The notes beneath the pieces are model-generated. The model searched no databases. It had not been told where the DNA came from and saw only the letters and a list, made by a program, of their open reading frames with translations. The position numbers and the translations under genes are program-made. 64,000 nt of DNA from contig CAWJJC010000010.1 of the NCBI GenBank assembly GCA_963843145.1, positions 32,001 through 96,000 of the forward strand, read 5' to 3'. This stretch comes from an uncultured delta proteobacterium. Lineage in GTDB: Bacteria > Desulfobacterota > RBG-13-43-22. The first letter of the stretch is position 1, and the number at the start of each line of letters is the position of its first letter. This document shows, piece after piece, positions 41,069 to 51,763 of this stretch.

Positions 41069-41684
41069 CCGGCCCCCTTTAGCTAGTTCAATCAAAAATC
41101 ACTGTGGAAAAAAAACCTGTTTCCTGAACCCTGGTACTTTCAATATTTCTAATCCATTGCTTAATCATAACCATGTTACATATTAATTTTATTATCAAAA
41201 ATGTCACGTATCTCATGCATGAAAACAGGGGCTATTTATTGCCAATCCTCCTTCGGATGAGGTTAGCCGCATAAGAGCTACTTTTTACCCTTCCGGGTGG
41301 GCGCCCACCCCAATCTGGTGTGATTGTTGGGACCAGGCGGCCAAGGAGCCTGAACTCAGCCCAGGCTAACCCCTGTGCCAGTAAGAAACAAAAAATAAAT
41401 AAAAACAAATAAGTTATAATGCAATAATTCGAAATTGTATAATGTATTTTGCCGATATAAAGTTGGGCCCGATCTTCTGGGAGCGCTTCTTTTGATCGGA
41501 CCAAAACCAACCGGAAAGTCCTTCAGCTTTCCCAAGTCGAGGGGGATCAATTCGAGCATAAAACCGGCGCCCGGCGTCCCCTATCCATTTTAGGATCATA
41601 CTTTTTTTGCTTTGCTGGTTTTAATATAGCGTCGATTAGTCTTGAGCTTTATAATGGATTAAACCCTAATCGAAGGAACACGGT

Positions 41685-42134
41685 TTGTTGTCTTCAAAAT
41701 TGAAACCTGCGGTTTCCAAATATTGGCTGGCCACGGCAGCGGGCTTGATGTGGACCGCCGTAGGTCTTATGCTCTGCGGGCTGGCCTATGAATGGCTCGC
41801 CGTCCTCCCTTTACGCGGGGCCGCCCCTTTAGGAGCGGTGGGTATCCTTTTGTCCCTGGCGGTTTATCGCTTTGGTTTTTCGAAAATCGCCCTGAAAAAC
41901 ATCGATCGGCTTCGCCAATTTCCGGATAGAGTCTGTTTTTTTGCCTTCCAGGCCTGGAAAAGCTACCTGCTCATCGCCCTGATGGTTATGCTCGGTTTTA
42001 TTCTTCGGCGCTCCACCATTCCCAAATACTACCTTTCCGTTCCTTATGCCGCCATCGGCGGGGCCTTGCTTTTGTCCAGCTTTCATTACTATGCCCATCT
42101 TTGGCGCCCGGCTAAAGAGCAGGAAACGAAGTAA
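41685..42134 (+). CDS. Conserved hypothetical membrane protein
   Basis: Four hydrophobic segments; CFFAFQAWKSY. Confidence 0.75.
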   Translation: MLSSKLKPAVSKYWLATAAGLMWTAVGLMLCGLAYEWLAVLPLRGAAPLGAVGILLSLAVYRFGFSKIALKNIDRLRQFPDRVCFFAFQAWKSYLLIALMVMLGFILRRSTIPKYYLSVPYAAIGGALLLSSFHYYAHLWRPAKEQETK

Positions 42135-42138
42135 TGGG

Positions 42139-42262
42139 GATAACCTCGCAAGAAGTCCCGAGCCTTCATCCTGTGCCCTTCGCCTCCTGTCATCCCTCCC
42201 TTTGAACGACCGAAGGGAGTGAAGGACAGGCACTCTCTGACGGATTTTTTTGCAAAGACAGT
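42139..42262. repeat. Degenerate MITE-like element
   Basis: Left end GATAACCTCGCAAGAAGTC matches the IS inverted repeat; right end degenerate. Confidence 0.55.
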
Positions 42263-42333
42263 AGTTATAATCGTTATAGATCGTCTTACCTGCTTCGTAC
42301 GCTCGGCGCTATGCGCCCTGCGCTTTGCCTTTC

Positions 42334-43041
42334 CTACCGGTAAGTGATCAGGGACGGATCCCGCTGCAGTTCCAAATAGGCCACCGAATTAAACGAAGAG
42401 AGGGTGAAACGCTGTTCGGAGAATTTAAAGGTGGAGACCGAGGCGTTGCGTATCTGCCAGGCCAGGTCCACCGCGTCCAGATCCGGCAGGGAAAGGGCCT
42501 TCTGAAGCAGGGCGGCCAGGGGGCCGCCCGAGGTGACCAGGGCGACGGTCTTTCCCTTTCCGGATTCCCGGAGGATCCGGGCCAACCCCTTCCGCACCCG
42601 CCCGGTAAAAGCCGGCCAGGTTTCCACGCCCTCCAGGCCTTCCGGGTTGTTGATCCAACGGGAAATAGAGAGGTTCAGCACCCGGTAGAGGACATGGGGA
42701 TCGGTAAAAAGTTTTTCCAGCTCCGCCTCCAGGGACGGTTTTTCCCGAATTAACAGGGGAAGCTGCATATTGACCATCGTGGCCAGGTCAAATTCATTGA
42801 AATCGGACAAGAGGCGCGGAGACGGATCACCGGAAAATAAAGCCGGTTTTTGACTTAAAGCCGCGGCCGTATCCCGATGCCGTTTCATCTCACCGCAATA
42901 CAGGGCGTCAAACGTTCGGTCCGTCCGCTCGAAAAAGTCCGCCAGCAGTCGGGCCTGGGTTAAACCCATTTCCGACAGTTCATCGTAATCGGGCTTGCCG
43001 AATGAGGCCTGGGCGTGCCGAATGAGGTATAAATCTCCCAT
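42334..43041 (-). CDS. Histidine phosphatase (phosphoglycerate mutase family)
   Basis: LYLIRHAQASFG, FNEFD, VTSGG, NASVS. Confidence 0.9.
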   Translation of the reverse strand: MGDLYLIRHAQASFGKPDYDELSEMGLTQARLLADFFERTDRTFDALYCGEMKRHRDTAAALSQKPALFSGDPSPRLLSDFNEFDLATMVNMQLPLLIREKPSLEAELEKLFTDPHVLYRVLNLSISRWINNPEGLEGVETWPAFTGRVRKGLARILRESGKGKTVALVTSGGPLAALLQKALSLPDLDAVDLAWQIRNASVSTFKFSEQRFTLSSFNSVAYLELQRDPSLITYR

Positions 43042-43219
43042 AGTCTTAACCTGTCTCATTGATTTTTAACATAATATTATCCCCTTCTATCCTACCAATG
43101 TCAATTTTCTTTCGGATTTCGCGTTTCGAATTTGGTTGCGGCCAGGCACTGCGCAGGATGTCCAGGGAAATGGTTTTTTTCTTGAAACCGACCCGCTTCT
43201 CTTTTACCATGGGGAGAAT

Positions 43220-43374
43220 GATGGGCTCGCCAGAAGTCCATCATCAACCCGAGCGCGATTAAGCGCCGGGCTGGGGTGAGGGGGGCACCGTTGGAATTCA
43301 CTTCCAATGGCGGGGGAGGGGGAACCCTTCCCCGCCGAGCAGAAAGTCGTCTTTTGACTTTTTGCGAGGTTATC
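43220..43374. mobile_element. MITE with 19-bp inverted repeats and AAT direct repeats
   Basis: AAT|GATGGGCTCGCCAGAAGTC...GACTTTTTGCGAGGTTATC|AAT. Confidence 0.75.
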
Positions 43375-43377
43375 AAT

Positions 43378-45251
43378 GATGGTCTCGCAAAAAGTCTAAA
43401 ATAAGTTAATGAGCTGAAATAATTTAATAAAATATTATTTTTCCCTTGACAGTGCGGGTCAAATTGATTAGAATCATGTTTAAAAACAGACAGTTAAGGC
43501 ACAAGACATGATTCAGATCAAAGACCACAAAACGGGCTACATTTTCGATCTCTGGGACTATTTGGGCCCCAAACGGCGGAAGCTCATGGAGGAGTCCTGG
43601 GCTGGGATGTTTCGGCAAGAGATCCTCGACGAACTGCCGGTCACCGAGATCGCTTCCGCCTTTTCAAATCTTTTTGGTCGTCCAACCAAGGAACTCTATA
43701 TGGCCTTGGGGGTCCTGGTGCTGCAACAGATGCAGGACCTGACCGACGAAGAGACTTCGAAGCAGGTGGCCTTCAACCTGCAATGGCATTATGCCCTGGA
43801 TATCACCGAAGAGTCGGATGAGGCCAAGTATCTCTGCCCTCGGACCTTATGGCATTTACGGCAATTGGTCACCGAGAAAGATTTAGACACCCTATTATTC
43901 CAGAAGATCACGGCCAAACTGGCTCGGGTTTTCAAGGTGGATGCCAGTCAGCAACGTCTGGACTCGGTGCATATCCAATCCAATATGCGCCATTTGGGCC
44001 GCATCGGGATGGTGGTGCAGACCATCCATAAATTCCTGGTCAACTTGAAACGACAACGTCCCGACCTTTTAGGGACCCTCCCCGCGGAGTTGGTGGACCG
44101 TTACTTGTCGGAGAAGGCTTTGGGTTGTTTTTCCATGGTCAAACCCTCGGAGTCGGAACGGACCCTGAACCAGGTCTGCCAGGATCTGTTTACGCTGGTC
44201 CGGAAGATGAGCGCTTATCCGCAAGTGGCCTCCCTGAGCAGCTTTCAGTTGCTGCAACGGGTGTTGAAGGACCAAGGTCATATTCAGGAAGCCGAAGGGC
44301 AACCCGTGGCAGTCCTGGTTAAAGCGGCCAAGGAAGTATCTTCGGATTCCTTGCAAAATCCCTCGGACCCTGATGCGGGTATGACGCCCACAAAGGCAAA
44401 GGATATCAGGCCCAACTGCTGGAAACCTACAGTGAAACGAAAGAGCAGTTGTCCCTGATTACCGAAGTAAGAGTAGAATCGGCTTCGACCATGATGTTCA
44501 TGCTCTGATACTGGCTATTGAATCTGCGGTCGCCGGGGTTTGAACCCCACAGAGGTGCTGGCGGATGCGGCCTATGGGAGCGACGACAATCTGCAAGGCG
44601 CTCAGGAATTAGGGGTGGAAGTAATCGCCCCGGCCATGGGCGCCTATCGTTCGGATCGTCTGCCCTTGTCCCGGTTCGTCTTTTCCGATTCCGGAGCAGT
44701 GGTGCGTTGTCCCAGGGACAGGAACCGGAGAGAGTCCGCCGGAAACAGGATCACTATCGGGTGGCTTTTCCGCTGACTCCCTGTGCCGGTTGCCCGGTTC
44801 AGAACCAGTGCCCGACCCATCCGGGCAAGAAGTATCGCTACCTGCGCTACGATCACAAGGTCTTCCGGTTGGCGCAACGAAGACAAGTGGAGCAGACGGA
44901 AGCCTTTAAGCAGCGGTACCGGTTTCGAGCCGGGATCGAGGGGGCGTTTTCAGCCTGGGATCGCCGCACCGGAGTTAAACACCTGCGGGTCCGAGGGGGA
45001 CCAGCGGTTCGCTTCGCAGTGACTTTAAAGGCGGCGGCGATGAACATCTTGAGGGCTACGGCCTTCAAGGCCAAGGAAACCGATGGGTCCGGGACTCCCC
45101 TGGGTATTACTTACCTGGTCTATCGCCCGTTTTCTGTTTTCAAAGAGCTGATCGGAGGGTTATTAAACCTCCCCAACAACATGATAACTTTTTTTGCGGA
45201 TGATTGTCCTTGTCAGCTAAAATCCGCAGCCTGACTTTTTGCGAGGTTATC
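43378..45251 (+). mobile_element. IS1182/IS5-like insertion sequence
   Basis: Inverted repeats GATGGTCTCGCAAAAAGTC / GACTTTTTGCGAGGTTATC (16/19) around a DDE transposase. Confidence 0.85.
43508..45234 (+). CDS. DDE transposase (IS1182-like), frameshifted
   Basis: GRPTKEL, QRLDSVHIQSNM, LQNPSDPDA, ADAAYGSD, RYRFRAGIEG..S, HLRVRG. Confidence 0.88.
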
Positions 45252-45254
45252 AAA

Positions 45255-46055
45255 ATGAACGGCTCGCTAAAAATCCTGGTTTGCATCAAGCAGGTCCTAT
45301 CTCAGGATGGTCCGATCGAAATCGATCCCGCTGATCCCTCCGGGAGATCTCTTTTTGCCGGGAATCTTCCTTTGTTCGTCCTCAATCGTTTTGATGAATT
45401 TGCAATGGAGGAGGCCCTGCGGGTAAAAGACGCCTTTCCCGACACGAATCTTCACGCCCTGACCGTCGGCCCCGCCCGGGCCGAAGCGGTGATCCGCCGC
45501 GCCCTGGGCATGGGAGCCGATCACGGGGTCCATCTGCTCACCGAGGAGGGCGAAGAGCCGACGCCCTTTCAAATCTCCTCCTGGATAGCGGCCTTTTCCG
45601 ACGCCAGCGCTTACGACCTGATCTTAACCGGGATCATGGCCGAGGATGATCTGCAAGGGCTGGTGGGGCCCCTGATCGCCGAACGACTGGGTCTTCCCTG
45701 CGCTGCCTCCGTGGTGTCCTTCCGGGTTTCCCCGGAACAAAACCGGGTCGAAGCGGAGAAAGAGGTGGAGGGCGGCCGACGGGAAAAGTGGCGGCTGCTG
45801 CTCCCGGCGGTGCTGACGATTCAAAGCGGGATCAACAAGCCCCGCTATCCATCCCTCTCCCATGTACTTCGAGCCCGAAAGCAGGCCCTGGAAATCATTG
45901 CCGCCGCCTCCCTGCCGAACGACGAACCCCGGCAGTCCCTGGTGCGTTTTGTCCTCCCCGAAAAAGTCCGCACCGGCCGGGTGCTTACCGGGACTTCCGA
46001 AGAAAAGGCCGAAAGACTCACCGGGATCTTGGGCGAAAAAGGCCTCCTGCCCTGA
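45255..46055 (+). CDS. etfB: Electron transfer flavoprotein beta subunit
   Basis: ILVCIKQV, NRFDEFAMEEAL, ALGMGAD, INKPRYPS. Confidence 0.92.
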   Translation: MNGSLKILVCIKQVLSQDGPIEIDPADPSGRSLFAGNLPLFVLNRFDEFAMEEALRVKDAFPDTNLHALTVGPARAEAVIRRALGMGADHGVHLLTEEGEEPTPFQISSWIAAFSDASAYDLILTGIMAEDDLQGLVGPLIAERLGLPCAASVVSFRVSPEQNRVEAEKEVEGGRREKWRLLLPAVLTIQSGINKPRYPSLSHVLRARKQALEIIAAASLPNDEPRQSLVRFVLPEKVRTGRVLTGTSEEKAERLTGILGEKGLLP

Positions 46056-47084
46056 ATGGCCCCCTTTGAGCCCACACTCTTCGTCCTGGGGGACCACGAC
46101 CAGGGTCAGATCAGCCCGTCCACCTGGGAGGGACTGGGCCTCGCCGAGGAGATTCGGCGTCACCAGCCCGCCCCGATCAAAATTATCCTGATGGGCGACG
46201 CCGTGGAGGGACCTGCGGCCCAGGCGGCCGAGGAGGCCCGGGTGGATGTCCTGGCCGTCAAGGTCCCTGGCCTGAAAAGCTTGCCGGGAGAAATCGCCCT
46301 GCAGGTCTTGCAGAAATTATTTTTCGAATCCCCGCCGGTTTGCCTGATCATGCCCCAAAATTCCCGCAGTTGGGAACTCGCCCCCCGAATCGCCCTGCGC
46401 CTGGGGTTGGCCTGCATTCCCGGGGTGACCAAAATCCTTCAGGAAAACAATCGTCTTCTTTTCAGGCGGTCCCTCTTCCAGGGTAAGCTCCTGGCCGACC
46501 TTGCCGTGGAAACCCGGGGAGTGGTCCTGACCTTCGAATCCGGCTATTTCAAATTTTCAGGATCGCCCCTTCAGGAAAACGGATTTTGGGAGCTGAAAAC
46601 CCTGTCCCCTTCCGAATCCCGGGCTGAACTGCTGGAATTCACACCGGCCGTGGAGATCGAAGCGGCCCTGCGCGAGGCGGAGGTGATCGTGGCCGCCGGC
46701 CGGGGCATCGGTTCGGAAAAAACCCTCGACCTGATCCATCGCCTGGCGGCCCTGTTTCCCCGATCGTCCGTGGCCGGGTCCCGTCCCGTATGCGACTTGG
46801 GCTGGTTACCCTACAACCGACAGGTAGGCCAGACCGGGTCCACTGTCCGCCCCCGGCTTTATTTGGCCTGCGGCATTTCCGGCGCCTATCAGCACATCGC
46901 CGGCATGAAGGATTCCGGTTTCATCGTCTCCATCAACCGGGATCCCCAGGCGGCCATCGGCCAATGGTCGGACTTGCGCGTTGAAGAGGATTTAAAAACT
47001 TTTTTACCTCTGCTCATCGAAGCGGTGCTAACATACCGGGAAGGCCGGGGTAGTTCGGAAGAATGTAACGGGAGGCTTAAGTGA
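46056..47084 (+). CDS. etfA: Electron transfer flavoprotein alpha subunit
   Basis: VAAGRGIG, GSRPVCD, QVGQTG, GISGAYQH, INRDP. Confidence 0.92.
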   Translation: MAPFEPTLFVLGDHDQGQISPSTWEGLGLAEEIRRHQPAPIKIILMGDAVEGPAAQAAEEARVDVLAVKVPGLKSLPGEIALQVLQKLFFESPPVCLIMPQNSRSWELAPRIALRLGLACIPGVTKILQENNRLLFRRSLFQGKLLADLAVETRGVVLTFESGYFKFSGSPLQENGFWELKTLSPSESRAELLEFTPAVEIEAALREAEVIVAAGRGIGSEKTLDLIHRLAALFPRSSVAGSRPVCDLGWLPYNRQVGQTGSTVRPRLYLACGISGAYQHIAGMKDSGFIVSINRDPQAAIGQWSDLRVEEDLKTFLPLLIEAVLTYREGRGSSEECNGRLK

Positions 47085-47995
47085 AAAAATCGAAACAGCT
47101 ATCCGGAAACCGGATCAAAGGATTAATCGCCGACTTCATCGCCACGTCTCCCGTCAATACTATGGGAACCAAAACCGGGGAGCCGGCCTGGGAGGACGCC
47201 TTGGTGGGCTTTGCCTCCGGCGCGGACCCGATTTGGCAGCAATACAAGGAATACATCGGGCCCTTCCACTGGACCCCCTGGGAGGTCTTTACCCAATACC
47301 ACCCGGAGGAAACCGCGCGCCCGGAGGAACTGACCGTGGTTTCGTGGGTCTTGCCTCAACGTCAAGCGGTGCGCCGGGCCAATCGCCGGGCCAAGAAGTA
47401 TCCCGCCGAGGAATGGGCCCGGATCAGAGTCTATGGGGAGGAGTTCAATGTGGCTTTGCGTCGCCACCTGGTTCAGCGCCTTGAACAGGCCGGCCACGCG
47501 GCCGTCGCCCCCATGCTGGTTCCCAACTGGACCGTTGTCAAGTCGCAACGGTTTTCCTATGCCTCTTCCTGGTCCGAGCGCCATGCGGCCCATGCGGCCG
47601 GCTTAGGCACATTTGGGCTCTGTGACGGACTGATCACCGCCAGAGGTAAAGCCCTGCGGGCCGGGTCGGTGGTGGTCCGGCTAGCCATTGAACCGACCCC
47701 CCGGCCCTATGCCCACCATCGGGCCTATTGCCTCTATTTCGCCGAGGGTACTTGCGGCCGATGCATCGACCGCTGCCCGGTCGGGGCGATTACCGAGGCC
47801 GGCCACGACAAGGAGAAGTGTCGGGAACATCTGGTCCGGACCAGGGCCTATGTCGAAAAAACCTATCAGTTCGTGGGCTATGGTTGTGGGCTGTGCCAGG
47901 TGGGCGTGCCCTGCGAGGCGGGCATCCCGGTCAAGGCCGCCCGGGAAGCCCTGGAGCGGGGCGAATTACCGCCCCCACCCCCGCCCTTGGCCTGA
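47081..47995 (+). CDS. Epoxyqueuosine reductase/reductive dehalogenase-like 4Fe-4S protein
   Basis: WSERHAAHAAGLGTFG, CGRCIDRCP, CGLCQVGVPC. Confidence 0.8.
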   Translation: MKKSKQLSGNRIKGLIADFIATSPVNTMGTKTGEPAWEDALVGFASGADPIWQQYKEYIGPFHWTPWEVFTQYHPEETARPEELTVVSWVLPQRQAVRRANRRAKKYPAEEWARIRVYGEEFNVALRRHLVQRLEQAGHAAVAPMLVPNWTVVKSQRFSYASSWSERHAAHAAGLGTFGLCDGLITARGKALRAGSVVVRLAIEPTPRPYAHHRAYCLYFAEGTCGRCIDRCPVGAITEAGHDKEKCREHLVRTRAYVEKTYQFVGYGCGLCQVGVPCEAGIPVKAAREALERGELPPPPPPLA

Positions 47996-48027
47996 AGCCG
48001 CTCGGACGACGAGCCCAGGATAACCCT

Positions 48028-48471
48028 ATGCCTCATTTTGGATTGATGGATCCGGATGCCCTGGGAGCGGAAGCGGCGGCTCTGCAGCGCGCCAGGCTGC
48101 ATATCCGCGCGGGACGGAGGAGACTTCGCCAGGGAAAAATATCCGCCGGTCTGGGTACCCTCTACGACGCCCTCCTTTCCGCCCTGGAGTGGTATGCGGC
48201 TTCTCCCGATCGCCGAGAAAACTTACCGATAGGCGATGAAGATAATCTCGCCGATGATCGGACAGTATTCGCCCTGCTGGTCAAATCCGGGTTGATCGAC
48301 GCCCGGATCGACTATTCAGCCTTTAAACACCTCCTGGACACGGCGCCTCCCGAGTCTTCCACCTATGATTATGCGGAAGTTCTGAATCAAGTGGAGTTGG
48401 TCATGACCCGGCTCGGCGTTATGCCCTTCGAAGAGGGCGGATTGCCCCCCGAGGACCCCTCCACCTATTGA
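48028..48471 (+). CDS. Conserved hypothetical protein
   Basis: MPHFGLMD...RARLHIRAGRRRLRQGK...LPPEDPSTY. Confidence 0.7.
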   Translation: MPHFGLMDPDALGAEAAALQRARLHIRAGRRRLRQGKISAGLGTLYDALLSALEWYAASPDRRENLPIGDEDNLADDRTVFALLVKSGLIDARIDYSAFKHLLDTAPPESSTYDYAEVLNQVELVMTRLGVMPFEEGGLPPEDPSTY

Positions 48472-48518
48472 TGGGCTTGCATTTCCCATCATCCAGAGAT
48501 TATACTGTTTTTATAAAA

Positions 48519-48610
48519 AATCGGGGAGCTGGGGGGTGCCCGGCTGAGAAGGCAAGCGATCCGTTGCCGACCCTTTAAACCTGCTCTGGGTAATGCCAGC
48601 GAAGGGAACG
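48519..48610 (+). promoter_or_regulatory. TPP riboswitch
   Basis: GGGGAGC...GCTGAGA...GACCCTTTAAACCTG.TCTGGGTAATGCCAGCGAAGGGAA upstream of thiM. Confidence 0.92.
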
Positions 48611-48653
48611 CAAAATAAAAGCCGGCCCTTCGTTGGCCGGCTTTTATTTTGCG
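48609..48653 (+). terminator. Intrinsic terminator (riboswitch expression platform)
   Basis: Perfect inverted repeat CGCAAAATAAAAGCCGGCC-N7-GGCCGGCTTTTATTTTGCG. Confidence 0.8.
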
Positions 48654-48746
48654 AAATCCGGATTAAGCCGGGAAGAGGAAAACAACCCAGACCTCCTTTT
48701 TGATGGAGGATACGACCACTCAGACGGCCAGGGAGATTTCCAACCT

Positions 48747-49550
48747 GTGGATGGAATAAAAAATAAAATCTCGGTTCTTTTAGACCGGGTCCGAACCAAA
48801 AGACCGGTGGTTCATGCCATCACCAACTGGGTGACCGGGGGGAATGTGGCCAATGCCCTGCAGGCCCTGGGGGCTAGGCCGGTGCTGGCCTTTTCGACGT
48901 CCGAGGTGGCCGAGATCACCACCCGGGCGGACGCGTTGTACCTGAATCTGGGAACCCCTACACCCGACCGGATTGCGGCCATGCTGCTCGCGGGACGCCG
49001 AGCCAATGAAATCGGTCTGCCCGTGGTTTTTGATCCGGTGGGGGCCGGTGCTTCCACTTTTCGGAAGGATGCCTGCCGCCAAATCCTTTCAGAATTAACC
49101 ATTGCTATTATTCGGGGAAATCCGGCCGAGATCGGCGCTCTAGCGGGACAGGGAGGCCAACTGCGGGGAATCGACAGCGTGTCCGGTCCGGAGGACATCC
49201 ACGAAGCGGTCCGGGTCCTTTCCGCGAGAACGGGGGCCGTGGTAATTGCCAGCGGGGAGCAGGACCTTATTTTCTATGAGAACCAAATGGTGATGGTCGG
49301 AAACGGCCATCCGCTGATGCTCCGGGTTACCGGTACCGGCTGTATGCTCTCGGCGGTCATTGCCGCCTTTGCCGCCGTGGGTCGCGCCCCCCTGGAAAGC
49401 GCCATCGCCGGGGTCTCCTGCTTCAAACTGGCCGGGGAACTGGCCGGACAGACGGCCGGCGGTCCGGGGGCATTTAGAATCGGCCTGATGGACTTTCTCT
49501 ATGCGCTCACTCCGGACGATCTTCAAAGATCCGCTGCCCTTCAAGGCTAA
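48747..49550 (+). CDS. thiM: Hydroxyethylthiazole kinase
   Basis: HAITNWVT, LNLGT, DPVGAGAS, IRGNPAEI, VTGTGC. Confidence 0.93.
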   Translation: MDGIKNKISVLLDRVRTKRPVVHAITNWVTGGNVANALQALGARPVLAFSTSEVAEITTRADALYLNLGTPTPDRIAAMLLAGRRANEIGLPVVFDPVGAGASTFRKDACRQILSELTIAIIRGNPAEIGALAGQGGQLRGIDSVSGPEDIHEAVRVLSARTGAVVIASGEQDLIFYENQMVMVGNGHPLMLRVTGTGCMLSAVIAAFAAVGRAPLESAIAGVSCFKLAGELAGQTAGGPGAFRIGLMDFLYALTPDDLQRSAALQG

Positions 49551-49553
49551 TAA

Positions 49554-50123
49554 ATGGAACCAACCGGAACCAACTCTCGTACTGTGGCCCGGGCGATCAT
49601 TCTGGTAGCCATTGGGGTGGCCCTTTCCCCTTTCACCAGTATTCCCATAGGCATCGCCAAAATCAATCCGACCCAACATTTCGTGAACGTCGTCGCCGCC
49701 GTTTTGCTGGGACCCTGGTGGGCCGCCGGTGTCGCCGGGATCATTGGCCTGCTCCGAAACGCCCTGGGCACCGGGACGCTGCTGGCCTTTCCCGGCGGGA
49801 TGATCGGCGCCTTCCTGGCGGGGCTCTTGTTTCGGTTAACTCGGAACATTTATTTCGGGGCCCTGGGCGAAGTCCTCGGGACGGGAGTGCTGGGAGCCCT
49901 GGCCAGCGCCCTGATCGTGGCCCCGGCCCTGATGGGCAAATCCATGGCCTTGGGGGCCTTGATTATCGCCTTTTCGGGCAGCACCTTCGTTGGGGCCGTT
50001 TTAGGGATCCTGGGGTTGAAGCTATTGGAAAAAGCCGGCTATGCGACAATCAAAAGACCCAGACATGGACGAGTTAGCAAGAAGTCATCTCAAGGGATTT
50101 GCCCCTCAAAAAAGGCCCTATAA
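49554..50123 (+). CDS. thiW: ECF transporter S component ThiW
   Basis: PTQHFVNV.AAVLLGPW, LRNALGTGTLLAFPG, GEVLGTG. Confidence 0.9.
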   Translation: MEPTGTNSRTVARAIILVAIGVALSPFTSIPIGIAKINPTQHFVNVVAAVLLGPWWAAGVAGIIGLLRNALGTGTLLAFPGGMIGAFLAGLLFRLTRNIYFGALGEVLGTGVLGALASALIVAPALMGKSMALGALIIAFSGSTFVGAVLGILGLKLLEKAGYATIKRPRHGRVSKKSSQGICPSKKAL

Positions 50124-51763
50124 TTTGGTTCTGGCTTTCGAAAAGGTCTCCTATCGTTATGATGGAATGGAGGACTGGGCTCTCAGCGAGGTCGACCTGA
50201 CCGTAGCGGAAGGGGAATATGTGCTGGTAGCCGGGGCCAGCGGCAGCGGCAAATCCACCTTCTGTCGGCTGGCCACCGGGCTGGCCCCCCATTTCCACGG
50301 AGGCGATCTGAAAGGCCGGGTGCTGGTCGATGGGTTGGACACCCGGGAAGTTCCGGTCAGCCGACTTTTCGGTCACGTGGGCTTGGTCTTTCAAAACACC
50401 GATGCCCAGTTGTTCAACCGGACGGTGGAGGAAGAACTGAGGTTCGGCCTGGAAGGGCTCGGGCTGGAACCCAAAGAGATTGAAAAACGGCTGGAATGGG
50501 TGAGCGGGGTGCTGAAACTCGGCGGCCTCTTGGAACGCTCCCCCCACCAACTTTCCGGGGGCGAAAAACAGCGGGTGATACTGGGAGCCATTCTGGCCCT
50601 TCGTCCCCGCCTTCTGCTGTTGGATGAACCTTTTGCCCATCTCGATCCGGAAGGCAGCGAAGGGCTCCGATTGCTACTTAAAACCCTGCGCGGCGAAGGG
50701 CCGGCCGTGCTGGTGGTCGAACACCGCCTCCAGGAAGTGGTGGCGGATGTGGACCGGCTAGTACTATTTCATCAGGGCCGCCTGACCGCGGACGGTCCCC
50801 CGCGGCAGGTATTGGAACAGGAGCTGACGGGTTACGGGCTGAACCTTCCTCCGCTGGTTGGTCTTTTTCGCGCTTGGGGGCTGGACGGTCCTCCCCCACT
50901 TACCCCTCGGGAGGCGATACAACTTCTCGCTTCCGGACCTCCCCGGCGGTTTTCCCCAACCGAAATAAATAACTCTCGGGAAGGAGTACCTCCTTTTTCC
51001 CAGAATCGGGAGGCCGTCCCGGTGGTGGAAATCCAGGATCTCCGGTTCGGTTACCCCGACCAGGAAATCCTGGAAGGGGTTGAATTTCACCTTCGGCCGG
51101 GAGAATGCGTAGCGATTCTCGGCCGAAACGGCGCCGGTAAGACCACGCTGATCAAGCACCTGAATGGACTACTGCAGCCTTCCCGCGGCACGGTACTGGT
51201 CCTGGGCCGGGACACCCGGGTGACTAAAACCCACGAACTGGCGCGAGGGGTCGGATTCGCCTGGCAAAATCCGAACGACCAGCTTTTTCAGACCTCGGTG
51301 CGGGAGGAAGTGCTGATCGGCCCCCGTATTCTGAAAGGCCTACGATCCCCCCTGGTGCGAACGGCTTTTTGAACGGTTCGGACTCGGTCCCCTCCTGGAA
51401 CGATCCCCCTTCCGGCTGAGCGAGGGAGAAAAAAAAAGAGTGGCTTTCGCCACGGCTCTGGCCGCCCGGCCGGAAATCGTCATTCTCGATGAACCGACCG
51501 CCGGTCAGGATGAACCCTTTCGCCGGGAACTGGGCGGACTGATTCGGGAGTTGCGGGAAGAAGGCAAGACCGTGCTGCTGGTGACCCACGACCTGGAATT
51601 CGCCGCGGAACAGGCCCCGCGCTGGCTGGTCTTGTCCGGAGGAAAAATCATAGCCGATGGGTCCCCCGAGACGATCATGGGCGACCGCCGGACCATGACC
51701 GCAGCCGGTCTACGGCCCACACAGCGGTTTGAATTGGCTCAGTTACTGGGAAACGTGGCATGA
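50065..51763 (+). CDS. ECF transporter duplicated ATPase (frameshift near 51340)
   Basis: GASGSGKST, LSGGEKQR, GRNGAGKTT, LDEPTAGQD. Confidence 0.9.
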
